This document shows, piece after piece, positions 50,855-62,708 of a stretch of DNA of 64,000 nucleotides (within the stretch, counting starts at the first letter, position 1; the number at the start of each line of letters is the position of its first letter). The translations under genes were made by a program, and so were the position numbers. The stretch covers positions 868,001-932,000 of the forward strand of contig JBEUKZ010000054.1 in assembly GCA_048128005.1 (NCBI GenBank), given 5' to 3'. This DNA comes from Veleropilina oligotropha (Eukaryota). The notes below the pieces were generated by a model, which saw nothing but the letters and a program-made list of their open reading frames with translations, had not been told where the DNA came from and made no database searches.

Positions 50855-52928
50855 GGCTGCCGGCATTCGCGACGGCCCCAGTTGCCCGCTCCCGCCGGTG
50901 GGAGCGTGCCTGTTAGCACACAGCCAGCCCTGGCTAGAGCTGACAGACAGCAACTGGGTCCACTTAGTCGTGAGTGCCGGATACAAGTTGGCATTCAACC
51001 GGCATCCGACCTTAACCGAGGCACCACCAACAAGACACGCTCGCCTCCTAAACGGAGAGAAACAAGCGGTCTTAGACCAGGCAGTGCGGGATTTGCTCCT
51101 AAAAAGAGCGATATATCCCGCGCCGCCCAGCACACCAGGATTTTACAGCCATTTCTTCCTGGTCCCGAAACCCGATGGCCGCTGGAGACCGATCCTCGAT
51201 CTCTCGTACCAAAACCTATATCTTCGTACCGAGAAATTCCAGCAAGAAACCCTCTCGAAGATTCGAGCGGCCATCCGTCCGGGCGACTGGGCAGCGTCTA
51301 TCGATCTCGCCGACGCGTATCTGCATGTCCCGATGCATATCACGGCTCATCAGTACCTTCGGTTTATACACGGGGAGACGATCTACCAATTCAGGTGCCT
51401 ACCGTTCGGTCTATCGTCAGCCCCGTACGTCTTCACGAGAACAGTACAGGCCCTGGGGGCCTTCCTACACTCTCTAGGGCACAGGGTACATATGTACCTC
51501 GACGACTGGCTGATCCTCGGGGCGTCCCGAGATCTGTGCCTCCGGTCTACGAGCTTTACCCTGTCATCGACGAAGCGCCTGGGATTTCAGATCAACGAGA
51601 CAAAATCCTGCTTCGTGCCCTCGACGACGTTTACGTTCCTCGGAGTCGACTTCGATACGGTCCGGTACACCGCGAAGCCGACCCAGAAGCGTATGCGGAA
51701 CCTACGCGCGGTTATCCAAGACACCCTGTCATCGGACATAACTACGGCGCGACAACTGGCCACTGTCCTGGGGCACATCGAGTCGGTAGCGCCCCTGCTA
51801 CCGACGGGTCGCATGGACAAAAGACCGTTACAACAGGCTTTCAGGGATCGCTGGATACAACGGACGGGGCAGTGGACGGATCGCATCGATCTACGGCATT
51901 GGTTTACCGACACGACAGCAGTGTGGTTGAACCCCGCTTTGCCGGACCAGTCGGTTCCTATATCCCCACCAGAGCCGAACGCTTACCTGTTCACAGACGC
52001 TTCGAACGACGGCTGGGGTGGTCACCTCGACAGTTACGAGACATCAGGCCTATGGCCGACAGACCTTCAGGGACGACATATCAACTTCCTAGAGTTAGAA
52101 GCCGTCTACCTGTCAGTACGGTCCCTCTCGTCACATCTCCGCAACAAGCATATAATGCTCGCCACGGACAACACGACTGTCGTCGCTTACATACAGCACC
52201 AGGGCGGCACTCGCTCGCGTCCCCTATGCGACCGAGCAATAGACCTACACCGCTTAGTGATGTCCCTCAACTCGACGATTCGAGCCCGACACATCCCGGG
52301 AAAGCTGAATGTCAGAGCGGATTCGCTCTCTCGGAGATCACAGATTATACACACAGAGTGGACGCTACACAGCCGAGTAGCTCGGGACGTTTGTCGCCGG
52401 TGGTCACAACCCCAAGTCGACTTGTTTGCAACAGAATTCAATTACCGACTACCTCTGTATGTCTCCCCGTACCCAGACCCGGCCGCCCTAGCGGTCGACG
52501 CAATGTCAATGACATGGGAGAATCTGTCCGCGTATGCCTTCCCCCCGACGTGCATTCTATCACTGGTATTACAGAAGGCAGCGACCGAACGTTGCGAGAT
52601 AACGCTAATAGCGCCCCTGTATCGCACGCAACCTTGGTTTCCGACCCTCCTCGATCTGATCGTCGATCGACCGTTAGCGTTACCGCAGAAACTAGACCTG
52701 TTAATGCAGCCACGCACCCGTGTACTCCACGAGTCGCCGAACCACTTACGTTTACACGCCTGGCGGTTATCGAACGATCCCTTGCTAAGAAAGGATTTTC
52801 TAAAGCTACAGCCTTACGTATCTATCGATCGAGAAGGATTTCCACTACAAAAGTCTATGACTACCGATGGGTTAAGTACGTGGATTGGTGTCACAGCAGG
52901 CAGATCAATATACTCCGTCCCCCTGTGA
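50646..52928 (+). CDS. DIRS pol: RT, RNase H and methyltransferase-like domain (true start unknown)
   Basis: VPKPDGRWRPILDL, IDLADAYLH, LPFGLSSAP, YLDD; FTDASNDGWG, INFLEL, TDNTTVV, ADSLSR; VDLFA and YAFPP. Confidence 0.93.
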   Translation: MPSRRQYCSPPGVHLPTRRSAPGPPRPRSLLSVRSPLRVVGLRPINPLQRGKHLQRNPASRAGEGSLGPRAAGIRDGPSCPLPPVGACLLAHSQPWLELTDSNWVHLVVSAGYKLAFNRHPTLTEAPPTRHARLLNGEKQAVLDQAVRDLLLKRAIYPAPPSTPGFYSHFFLVPKPDGRWRPILDLSYQNLYLRTEKFQQETLSKIRAAIRPGDWAASIDLADAYLHVPMHITAHQYLRFIHGETIYQFRCLPFGLSSAPYVFTRTVQALGAFLHSLGHRVHMYLDDWLILGASRDLCLRSTSFTLSSTKRLGFQINETKSCFVPSTTFTFLGVDFDTVRYTAKPTQKRMRNLRAVIQDTLSSDITTARQLATVLGHIESVAPLLPTGRMDKRPLQQAFRDRWIQRTGQWTDRIDLRHWFTDTTAVWLNPALPDQSVPISPPEPNAYLFTDASNDGWGGHLDSYETSGLWPTDLQGRHINFLELEAVYLSVRSLSSHLRNKHIMLATDNTTVVAYIQHQGGTRSRPLCDRAIDLHRLVMSLNSTIRARHIPGKLNVRADSLSRRSQIIHTEWTLHSRVARDVCRRWSQPQVDLFATEFNYRLPLYVSPYPDPAALAVDAMSMTWENLSAYAFPPTCILSLVLQKAATERCEITLIAPLYRTQPWFPTLLDLIVDRPLALPQKLDLLMQPRTRVLHESPNHLRLHAWRLSNDPLLRKDFLKLQPYVSIDREGFPLQKSMTTDGLSTWIGVTAGRSIYSVPL

Positions 52929-53839
52929 ACAAGTTTATCGAGTTTTTATCGTCGCTCTTCGACCGCGGTATGTCAGTGTCCGCCGTCAAAGGCTATCGGG
53001 CAACGATCGCGACCACGCTAAAGCAGTGTCGTGCCCATGCTGGCCTATCAAGCGACCGAACGATATCAGATTTTATCCGATCTTACGAACTCGAGATACC
53101 GACCCGAAGAATTAAGCCACCTGCCTGGAATATCGTACTTATTCTTAACGCATTACTCTTACCCCCGTATGAGCCGATGTCCGAGATAACCATGAGGAAC
53201 TTGACGCACAAAACAGTTTTTCTGATCGCCTTAGCGTCGGGTAGGCGTTGTTCCGAGATTCATGCTTTCTCCTCCGAGCTAAGAGACATACGATTCCAGT
53301 CAGACGGGTCGGTGATACTGCGTCCCATTCTGGGCTTCTTAGCCAAGAACCAGCGGCCGAACGAGGACGCACCCGATGTTGTTATTCCCAAGCTAACGCT
53401 AGTCGGAAGGCGCGACGCAGACCGCTTCAATTGCCCGGTCCGGGCGCTTCGGTTCTACCTAGACAGAACCCGTGAGTTGCGACAGGGAAAATTACGTTTA
53501 TTCATATCGTATTTGCCCACCTACACCCGCGACATTACGAGGACTACTGTTTCGCGGTGGATTTCACAGACAGTGAGAGATGTATACATCCGCTGTGACA
53601 ACGAAGACCGAACTATTTTATCGGTCCGCGCACATGAGGTCCGGGCTATTGCAGCGTCTGTAGCCTTCCGACATAATTTAAATATCAATGCGTTACTACA
53701 GGCCGGATATTGGAAAAACGCTAACGTGTTTGTAAAACATTATCTGCGCGACTACTCAACAGGGGCTGATGGCCTGAGCAGTTTACACTGTGTTGCTGCA
53801 CAAAGGGTTATTGTTAGACCGAGGTCTTCTAATCAGTAA
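50882..53839 (+). CDS. DIRS tyrosine recombinase ORF; long N-terminal part overlaps pol (true start unknown)
   Basis: SGRRCSEI (R), HEVR (HxxR), GYW, KHY (Y); CPVRAL; frame open across the whole RT/RNase H region. Confidence 0.9.
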   Translation: MPAPAGGSVPVSTQPALARADRQQLGPLSRECRIQVGIQPASDLNRGTTNKTRSPPKRRETSGLRPGSAGFAPKKSDISRAAQHTRILQPFLPGPETRWPLETDPRSLVPKPISSYREIPARNPLEDSSGHPSGRLGSVYRSRRRVSACPDAYHGSSVPSVYTRGDDLPIQVPTVRSIVSPVRLHENSTGPGGLPTLSRAQGTYVPRRLADPRGVPRSVPPVYELYPVIDEAPGISDQRDKILLRALDDVYVPRSRLRYGPVHREADPEAYAEPTRGYPRHPVIGHNYGATTGHCPGAHRVGSAPATDGSHGQKTVTTGFQGSLDTTDGAVDGSHRSTALVYRHDSSVVEPRFAGPVGSYIPTRAERLPVHRRFERRLGWSPRQLRDIRPMADRPSGTTYQLPRVRSRLPVSTVPLVTSPQQAYNARHGQHDCRRLHTAPGRHSLASPMRPSNRPTPLSDVPQLDDSSPTHPGKAECQSGFALSEITDYTHRVDATQPSSSGRLSPVVTTPSRLVCNRIQLPTTSVCLPVPRPGRPSGRRNVNDMGESVRVCLPPDVHSITGITEGSDRTLRDNANSAPVSHATLVSDPPRSDRRSTVSVTAETRPVNAATHPCTPRVAEPLTFTRLAVIERSLAKKGFSKATALRIYRSRRISTTKVYDYRWVKYVDWCHSRQINILRPPVNKFIEFLSSLFDRGMSVSAVKGYRATIATTLKQCRAHAGLSSDRTISDFIRSYELEIPTRRIKPPAWNIVLILNALLLPPYEPMSEITMRNLTHKTVFLIALASGRRCSEIHAFSSELRDIRFQSDGSVILRPILGFLAKNQRPNEDAPDVVIPKLTLVGRRDADRFNCPVRALRFYLDRTRELRQGKLRLFISYLPTYTRDITRTTVSRWISQTVRDVYIRCDNEDRTILSVRAHEVRAIAASVAFRHNLNINALLQAGYWKNANVFVKHYLRDYSTGADGLSSLHCVAAQRVIVRPRSSNQ

Positions 53840-55212
53840 GTATTGTTCTCTGATTGATCATTTGCATATTTACTGACGCCATTTTATTTTCGTTGGCCAA
53901 ACGGTGCTATGTAATTAACACCTATGGGGCAGTTCAATGTCTGTTCATTTCTTAAATCTAATTTAAGATTTTGTACTTCTCATGTCAGACCTGGGTGTTG
54001 ACATAAGCCAGATCACATTGAATTTAATAAAACAACTTTTATAATTTTGCACAAATCTTAAAAAGAGAGGTTCAATATTATTATGTTCTTTGCTGTAATC
54101 GAACATACGATGTTCAATACATTGAAAAATTTTTGAATCCTTAAACATTATTTTTGAGTAACATGTCGAACTTGTTTGCTTCCTTAAAATTTATTTTAAG
54201 TGACATGTCGTCCATGTTAGCGTTCGCAAGTTGGTCATGCGAATTACTTATTAATATCGATTATTTATAATAATCTATTAATTCTTTGCTTTTGATTTAA
54301 AGCTTTCACAACCTGTTAGGTTCCGTGTGCTTACAAATCCGACTGCATCCTCTGGTTACCGGCCTATAGGCCCGGAGTCCCATTTGGCTGCCACTGGTCC
54401 ATGACACGTAAGACCTACAGGGATTTATCCTTCCGGCCGTGCCTGGGGCTGATTGCACTTCCGTTCACCTCGTCCGACTAATACCACGGCGTATTCTCCC
54501 GGTAACACTGGTCGAAATTCTCGCTTGGTAAGAGTAGAATATAATACTCAGTAAAAATTCCACTCTAGGCGGACACAATCGACGCTTCATGCTGATTGAA
54601 TTGGTGACAAGTAAGTCATTATCTTGTTTGGGTTTGTTGTAAGGAACGTCTTACCCACCTATCCAAGGTTATTCTGGCAAGAGTAAGGACGTAAGTATGT
54701 TTGTAACTATATATGAGGTTTTAATGTAAACCTAATATTAGTATAAAACATACTTACGTCCTTACACGATTACCCACCCTGCGTTTCGCATTCCTCCCCT
54801 CTACTACGTTCCTTTGGGGTTTTTGAACTTTGAATTGAGGTCTTGTGACTTCTATTGTTCAGAAGTCTCGCGAGACTTGGCGAAGTCTCGCTAGGAACGT
54901 GATGGGGTAGGAGCAGGGGAGGTAACCGTGTACGTTTTTGACTTATTAAGAGTGCATTATGGGACATATTCACTATTTCCGGTTTGGCGATAATATAACT
55001 ATTATGGCAAGAGTAAGGACGTAAGTATGTTTTATACTAATATTAGGTTTACATTAAAACCTCATTATATAAATATTAATTTTTATTGTGAATTTTGTTC
55101 TATTGTATGCATGAATATCAGGACAGTGGGTCTATCAGCCTGACTCGAGGTGAGTTCACTTTAATTGTGCGTTCGTTCATTATATTAACTGCCCTCGATT
55201 GCTTGTTTTCAG

Positions 55213-55365
55213 GATTGGGCACCACCAGCGAGCAGGCTCGATGCCCGACGACCACCTTCAGCAGCCAAACGGGTAACCAGATCGACGCAGACTGCACGCC
55301 CTGCACCCAGGGGTCATACTGTGAGTCGCCGGGACTAACGGCCCCCACTGGACCGTGCGCAGTGG
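55213..55365 (+). CDS. Cys-rich repeat protein, exon j
   Basis: TTTCAG|GA ... G|GTGAGT. Confidence 0.87.
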
Positions 55366-55912
55366 GTGAGTAATGAGAGGAATGCCAACTCTGTACTAGA
55401 GCTAAGCCTAATGCAGTTTGCCTGGTAATCTGGATATACTTGCATGACTGTGGTTCCAACACTAGCAAACCATATAGAAATACATAATTATATTTTGTCA
55501 AAACATTTAATAGCTAACAGGATGTAAATTGTTCGAAATAAAAGAATGTAGCTTTTCCCCTAAGTTATTGGATTAAGTTATTTCATTGAATTAACTTTTA
55601 TATACATAGACTTGTGGTGTGTGAATAAGTGCATCTTGACACTTGTTGATTGGTTCGCATCAAATCATTGACGATATATTTTGTCACCAATTTAATGTGC
55701 GACCTCCTAATAATATCCTGTTTTTGAGAGAGATCATTATTATTGAGGCAATAAGGAGAGATTGCCCCATTGTAAATGCTTACAGAGACTATTACCCGTA
55801 CAAGCGCTCTTTTCGTGACTGTGTAGCATGACTGATCACCTCTAATGCACGGTTCGCGCAGATTGATACAAATTTTGTGAAGATATGATCTATATATGAT
55901 CAAATGATAGAC

Positions 55913-56740
55913 TTTTATTATCCCCCACCCGAAGGTAGCGGGGGATATTATTGTTGCCATGTCCGTACGTCCGTCCGGGCGTCCGTACGTCCATAAACAA
56001 TTTGGTTAAAATTTCGAATTGAGTGTATATAGCTTGCCCATGATACTTTTTGGCATATATATGCTTTTGTAGGCATTATATGGATGACACCTGGTACTCT
56101 GGAAGCGAGATTGAATAAAATTTAATATAATTATTGCATAAATGTAGGTGTTTTTGAACATAGAAATTTTGGTTAAAGTTTCTGGTTAAAGTTGTTCATT
56201 GAGTGTATATGTTTTGTTGAAACAACATTTTGGTGTATATATGCTTTGGTATTGATAATATGAATGTCAACTGATACTATGGAAGTGATGCTGAATTAAA
56301 TTTAATATAATTATTGCATAAAAATATGTGTTTGTGGACATACAAATTTTGGTTCAAGTTTTGTTCAAATTTTTCAATGGGCATATATATGGGTTGTTCT
56401 ATGCACTGTTTTACATCCATATACTTTAGTGTTGACTATATTGATGCTGCTCCCTCATCTGAAAGTGATTTATAATATTAATAACATGTGAAATTAGTGT
56501 TTGCGGACATATAATTTTTTTGTAAAGTTCAGTGAATTTTCATTCTGTTCCATTATTGCATACATGTATATTCTTTGGTGATGCTTATATTGATTACACC
56601 TTTTACTCTAGCAATGATATTGAATATTATTTTGTATAAATATTGAAGAAACTTGATGTGTTTGGACATAGAAATTTTGGTTAAAGTTTCAGTGATTGCG
56701 AAAGGCGGGGGATGAATCCATTTTCTAACGGGCTCTTGTT
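55913..56740 (+). mobile_element. HINE-like element
   Basis: 5' hairpin TATCCCCC..GGGGGATA, (GTCC)n, ~180-bp internal repeats, 3' GGCGGGGGAT...CTTGTT. Confidence 0.65.
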
Positions 56741-56967
56741 GACATTATTATTGTAACTGGGCAATACATATTATTGTCAAGTAGAAAGCTATCTTACTTG
56801 ACGAGCAGAAACCTACGCAACTGTGCTCCAACTAGGTCAATTGGAAATATCACTCTGTGCGAGGTAATTAAAAGCGGACCGCATTTAATTATTTTTAAAT
56901 CTTCATTAGCGATTTATTTAAATGGTAGCAAATTACTGACGAAAATTAAGTATTGAAAATTCTTAAC

Positions 56968-58858
56968 TTTTTAGCTCCGCTATGACGTAGTTAGCGGAGC
57001 TTTACTGATACCACTTTGTCCGGCGTTTGTACGGCGTCCGACGTTAACTTTTGACTTGAAATGTGAATATCTTGAAAACTGTCTGATAACTTTTTTTCTA
57101 CTTTGGCATGAGCCTTCCTTATGATGTTCTGGTATTAGGAAATTCTACATCTCAGTTTTTCCGAAATTTACCTTTTTGGACTTAGAAAATCCACTTCTGT
57201 GACAAGTTTTGACTTCAAATGTGAATAACTCCAAAACTATCTGATATCTTTTTTTATAATTTGGCATGAGCCTTCCTTATGATGTTCTGAACATATCCTG
57301 AAGTTATTAGAAAATTACACGTCTCAGTTTTTCCAAAATTTACCGTTTTGGACTTAGAAAATCCACTTCTGCAACAAGTTTTGCCTTCAAATGTGAATAT
57401 CTCCGAAACTGTCTGATAACTTTTTTTCTTAATTGGCATGAGCCTTCCTTATGATGTGTTTAATTTGTGAATATTATAAAAAAGGACGTCTGAGTTTTGC
57501 TGAAATTCGGAATTTGGACTTCGTCAAGACAGCTAGTTTGTGTTTGTTGCTCACATTTCTATCACTGTGTAAAATGTTTTTGTATCAGTTTGAGTATGCA
57601 TATATAACATTATAAGTATGCATATACAATAGATCTTTATTGTAGCAGTTCTTTACTGTATAATGTTCATAGCAGCAATTCCAAGGCTTGTGTGTAATGT
57701 AATGTATACTACTGCATGTCACATCTGTTGCAATGCGGGCCGTTTGGTGTTGCCTCAGTTCGGACTTTGATAACCGGCGGAATGCCCGTCACCGCGTTAC
57801 AGTGTTAATGAGATAAATTGTTCAATCGTCTGCAATGGATTTCTATATGTCCGATGGGAGGTTAATGGTCTTCATCATTCGTGTCGTCTAGTATCACATG
57901 GAGTATAAACAGTTCACTGGTATTAAAGCCATTTCCAGCTAACTGTATACTCGGATCTATGTATGTTTCTGTCTCTACTCAGCCGACTCGGGTCATTCCA
58001 ATATAAAGGACCGTTGTGTTATCCATGCCGGAATGCGATGGTATGAGATAAGACGCTATCCGCTGGAGTCGTTGAGTTTACATCTCGCTACTGGATCACA
58101 AAGTCAGAAGTAGATTCTGGACAATTCATTTATATAGTCCACAACATGGTACTAATTACATCGGATACATCCATGTTGTTAAAGCCAAGCGTAGCGTAGA
58201 TATAGATTCTAACTAAACATATATATACAATTGAGCCCCGCACGTTTTTACGTGCTTCCTAGGATGTTAGCTAGGTAAGGACTGCCGCTCTCCGGCGCGC
58301 ACCGGCACCAAACCAAATTCTTCCACCCTTGTCTCAACCAATCGGATCGCCTGCTTTGGATTCGTCTAGCTAGTTTCAAATTAACTCGTCCACTATTTCA
58401 TCAGGAATACACGCATTTTGACACGGAGTGACGAATTGACTCTTATGACATTATGTTTCATAATTACAGAATACGGGCGTCATTCATTTTGAACTCTGAA
58501 CTAAACATCATTAATCTCTTTCAGTTATATAAATATGCCAGTATTACGTGACGTCAATAGCTACTATCAGGCAACTAGTTGTCATTAATAATATACACAA
58601 TTATATTAGATCACAGGTCACGATCAATCTCCTTCGGCTGGGGTGCTCAGTGCAATTCGTCATTAGTACATTATTTAAATATTAAAAACATATACAAAAG
58701 TAATGAATCATTAATAAAGATCTACTCATTAAGTACCTTAGGCATCATATTGTAACACATTGTCTGTGAGTCAACTCTGTTGACAAGAGTCAAAGGTTAT
58801 TTGCAGTTGCAGAGTGATTGAGATGTGCGGAGCTAGATGGGTCGATAGGCCTCTTGTT
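56968..58858 (+). mobile_element. HINE-like element, same family as 7055-15938
   Basis: TTTTTAGCTCCGC..GCGGAGCT head, internal tandem units shared with 7140-7640, end GCGGAGCTAGATGGGTCGATAGGCCTCTTGTT. Confidence 0.7.
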
Positions 58859-60840
58859 ATGCTATAAACAAAAAGTGTAATGCTGTTAGTTTTCTTTTCA
58901 AAGAAAAAGAGCGCATTTACGGGCAATAGTCTCTTTAAACCCATAATTAAGTCTATACTGTCTTGATCAAGCAGGGGACTATTATCCTTTCCTTGACTTT
59001 ATCTCAACCCTTCTGTCTATCTTTACTAATTGACACTTCTGGGATGGCATCCAATGGTCCAAGACCACTCAAACTGATATAACTAAACTGGATTTATCTC
59101 TGAACAGTGACGTCATACCTGATGTCACTTATCCGCTTCAGTCATAGACAATCAATTAAAACGACCAAGAACTCACTAAAGTCAGGTCACGCGGAAATAA
59201 ATACGGGACAAACCCAATTTATTGCAATAACGTATAGGCCTACCCATAAGCATATACAGGGGTTGACCTTCACGGTAATCCGGTATCCCAAAGTTACCAG
59301 ATTGATAAACGGGATACCACATTTCTGCTGTCGGTAATCAGAGCGGGAACCAGATATAGCCTATTGTAAAAACATGTCTCAGATAGTCAACTACCAGATC
59401 CAGCAGACTAAGTAATTAATTTTGGTAGCTGTTACAAAATCATCCAACTGTGAACAAGTTAATGCCTTTCCGCACATGCCGACAGATTCTAATTAAGCGT
59501 CTGTAAACCGCAAAGTGCATGCATTGTTCTTTGTATTATTTCATTCACACCCCAGCATAGCCCAAATCCCCTTTGAATAAAATAGGAAGCCTAATTAAGC
59601 TTCATTACCTTGTGTCCTTTATTCAACTCTCGACAGTAAAATATCTATTGTTGTCGGACTGATCAACGCGACCGCCATTGACTTCCACTGTTGTTACAGC
59701 CCAGATTCCACACTTGTTAATTTGGGCTTGCTCAATTCAAATTAAGCTCTGCCTAACTTTCCAAGTTAGGGCAAGTGAACTCCCGCTTGAAGCTGTGCCC
59801 AAATTGACTTGCTCTGCCCAACTTTCCATGGTTGACCAAAGTAGCTTTGGCATTGAGCTTCGTTTTCAAATTTCCTTCTTATTTCATACCAATACTGCCC
59901 AAGTTGTCCATGGCTTCAGTTAAGTTCAGGACAAAGCCTCGTTCTCGAATTTACTTTTTATTTCTATTTTTTTTCACTAAAATATACTGGAGTAGCTATT
60001 CTTTTTTATCTTTATTAATGTAAATACTTAAATAAATGCTTATTTAAGCAATTATATAATTATATTTTATATAATACTATTACTGTAATATTGTTGTTGT
60101 TAAAATTAATATGACAATTTTACACATCTTATAATATTAATAATATCTATGTTGATATGAAAAGTTAAAATATTTAGTATGGTATTTTTATTATAAAACT
60201 AACTTATATTGTTGTCTGACTACATAAGAGACCTTGTGTACTTATATTAATATTTCTTTTCTATACAATTATTATTATGTTTAGCTAATAATTATATAAC
60301 AATAAATAACATTAAAATTATAAAATCGACAATAATAAAAATCAGCGAAAATACTTACGGAATATTCTGCGATAATTACCTCAACCTCCTGGAATGCTAT
60401 TTTGGGTTTACCACATGTATATGATTATAGTAATTTTTTTGTTATTGTGATGTAATACATTTAAATTCATTATTGTATTTAAATTACGGGATACCATTTA
60501 TTTTTGCAGATATCAGACTTGCAATTCTGGTATCCCTGCTGGGTACCACAAATCTTAGGGAAGATCTACCCCTGATATACAAGCATTTACAAATTGCGGC
60601 TCTAAAGTCACAAACTGCAGAGCGAATTCCTAATAGCCTGCAAATATCGTACTCTCTAACAAATTGTTGGTCAAACACCGAGAGAATTCAAGCTATGCGT
60701 GACTTGACAAAGATGAACTCACTGGTAGCCACCTTGATTTACCAGCGCAAAATTTCATGACATAATTTTGACAGTATCGAACACATCAAAGGATACCCAG
60801 GTTTCCCCATTGTAAACTCTTAAACCCTAGGGTCTGTCGT

Positions 60841-62150
60841 GATCTAGCAGCGGACTAGTATCCTTGCCCTTGATCTAGCAGCGGACTAGTATCCTTGATC
60901 TAGCAGCGGACTAGTATCCTTGATCTAGCAGCGGACTAGTATCCTTGATCTAGCAGCGGACTAGTATCCTTGATCTAGCATCGGACTAGTATCCTTGATC
61001 TAGCAGCGGACTAGTATCCTTGATCTAGCAGCGGACTAGTATCCTTGATCTAGCAGCGGACTAGTATCCTTGATCTAGCAGCGGACTAGTATCCTTGATC
61101 TAGCAGCGGACTAGTATCCTTGATCTAGCAGCGGACTAGTATCCTTGATCTAGCAGCGGACTAGTATCCTTGATCTAGCAGTGGACTAGTATCCTTTCCC
61201 TTGATCTAGCAGCGGACTAGTATCCTTGATCTAGCAGCGGACTAGTATCCTTGATCTAGCAGCAGACTAGTATCCTTGATCTAGCAGCGGACTAGTATCC
61301 TTGATCTAGCAGCGGACTAGTATCCTTGATCTAGCAGCGGACTAGTATCCTTGATCTAGCAGCGGACTAGTATCCTTGATCTAGCAGCGGACTAGTATCC
61401 TTGATCTAGCAGCGGACTAGTATCCTTGATCTAGCAGCGGACTAGTATCCTTTCCCTCGATCTAGCAGCAGACTAATATCCTTTCCCTTGATCTAGCAGC
61501 GGACTAGTATCCTTGATCTAGCAGCGGACTAGTATCCTTGATCTAGCAGCGGACTAGTATCCTTGATCTAGCAGCGGACTAGTATCCTTGATCTAGCAGC
61601 GGACTAGTATCCTTTCCCTTGATCTAGCAGCGGACTAGTATCCTTGATCTAGCAGCGGACTAGTATCCTTGATCTAGCAGCAGACTAGTATCCTTTCCCT
61701 TGATCTAGCAGCGGACTAGTATCCTTGATCTAGCAGCGGACTAGTATCGTTGATCTAGCAGCGGACTAGTATCCTTGATCTAGCAGCGGACTAGTATCCT
61801 TGATCTAGCAGCAGACTAGTATCCTTGATCTAGCAGCGGACTAGTATCCGTGATCTAGCAGCAGACTAGTATCCTTGATCTAGCAGCGGACTAGTATCCT
61901 TGATCTAGCAGTGGACTAGTATCCTTGATCTAGCAGCGGACTAGTATCCTTGATCTAGCAGCAGACTAGTATCCTTGATCTAGCAGCGGACTAGTATCCT
62001 TGATCTAGCAGCGGACTAGTATCCTTGATCTAGCAGCGGACTAGTATCCTTGATCTAGCAGCGGACTAGTATCCTTGATCTAGCAGCGGACTAGTATCCT
62101 TGATCTAGCAGCGGACTAGTATCCTTGATCTAGCAGCGGACTAGTATCCT
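60841..62150. repeat. 25-bp minisatellite GATCTAGCAGCGGACTAGTATCCTT (about 50 copies; occasional 31-bp variant)
   Basis: Near-identical direct copies. Confidence 0.96.
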
Positions 62151-62225
62151 TTCAGTATCATTATTATTGTGATATCACCTAAACTGTTTGTAAATTGACC
62201 ATTTGCATCATTCGTCTCATCTCAG

Positions 62226-62378
62226 GCTACTTTTGTCCCACCGGTCAGAATTCCAGCACGCCGTTCGCTTGCCAGCCTGGATACTACTGCCCACTGGGCA
62301 GCTTTGAGCAGGTGCCGTGTCCGTCAGGGACATACCAAGACCAGAGTGGACAAGGCGCATGCAAGGAGTGTGAGGAAG
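62226..62378 (+). CDS. Cys-rich repeat protein, exon k
   Basis: TCTCAG|GC ... G|GTGAGC. Confidence 0.88.
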
Positions 62379-62708
62379 GTGAGCAAGGCTCCAGCAGCAC
62401 TGTAGAGGATGGGTCTGGTGCTGCTGGCCTTCCATACTCTATCTCAACGTTTAAAATGGTGCTACTGGCTTTCGATACTCTATCGAAGCATGTTTAAACT
62501 AGCTTAGTTTATTACTATTGATGAATTAGTCAGTGTCAGTTTAAAATTTTCGTAAAAGTCTGTCCAATTATATGTCCATTCCATACATTTGAATATAATG
62601 GAATGTGTTTTAAAATGTATTATTTTATGTGCAGTTGATTGTAGCATGCTGTATGTTAACCTAAGAGTTTTACCCTTGACATTTACTTAATATATATGTT
62701 GTTTGTAG

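Larger units (their letters stand above)
47611..55065 (+). mobile_element. Full-length DIRS1-like tyrosine-recombinase retrotransposon with ITRs and internal complementary region (ICR)
   Basis: ~205-bp ITRs (~47621-47827 and ~54826-55031); ICR ~54675-54764 is the reverse complement of right end joined to left end (…AAACCTCAT|ATATAGTTAC…); three long ORFs. Confidence 0.95.

Noticed and set aside
55122..55149. Possible micro-exon ending in strong donor GAG|GTGAGT
   Set aside because: Nearby AG acceptors give 28, 23 or 11 nt, all frame-breaking; exons i and j already join in frame.
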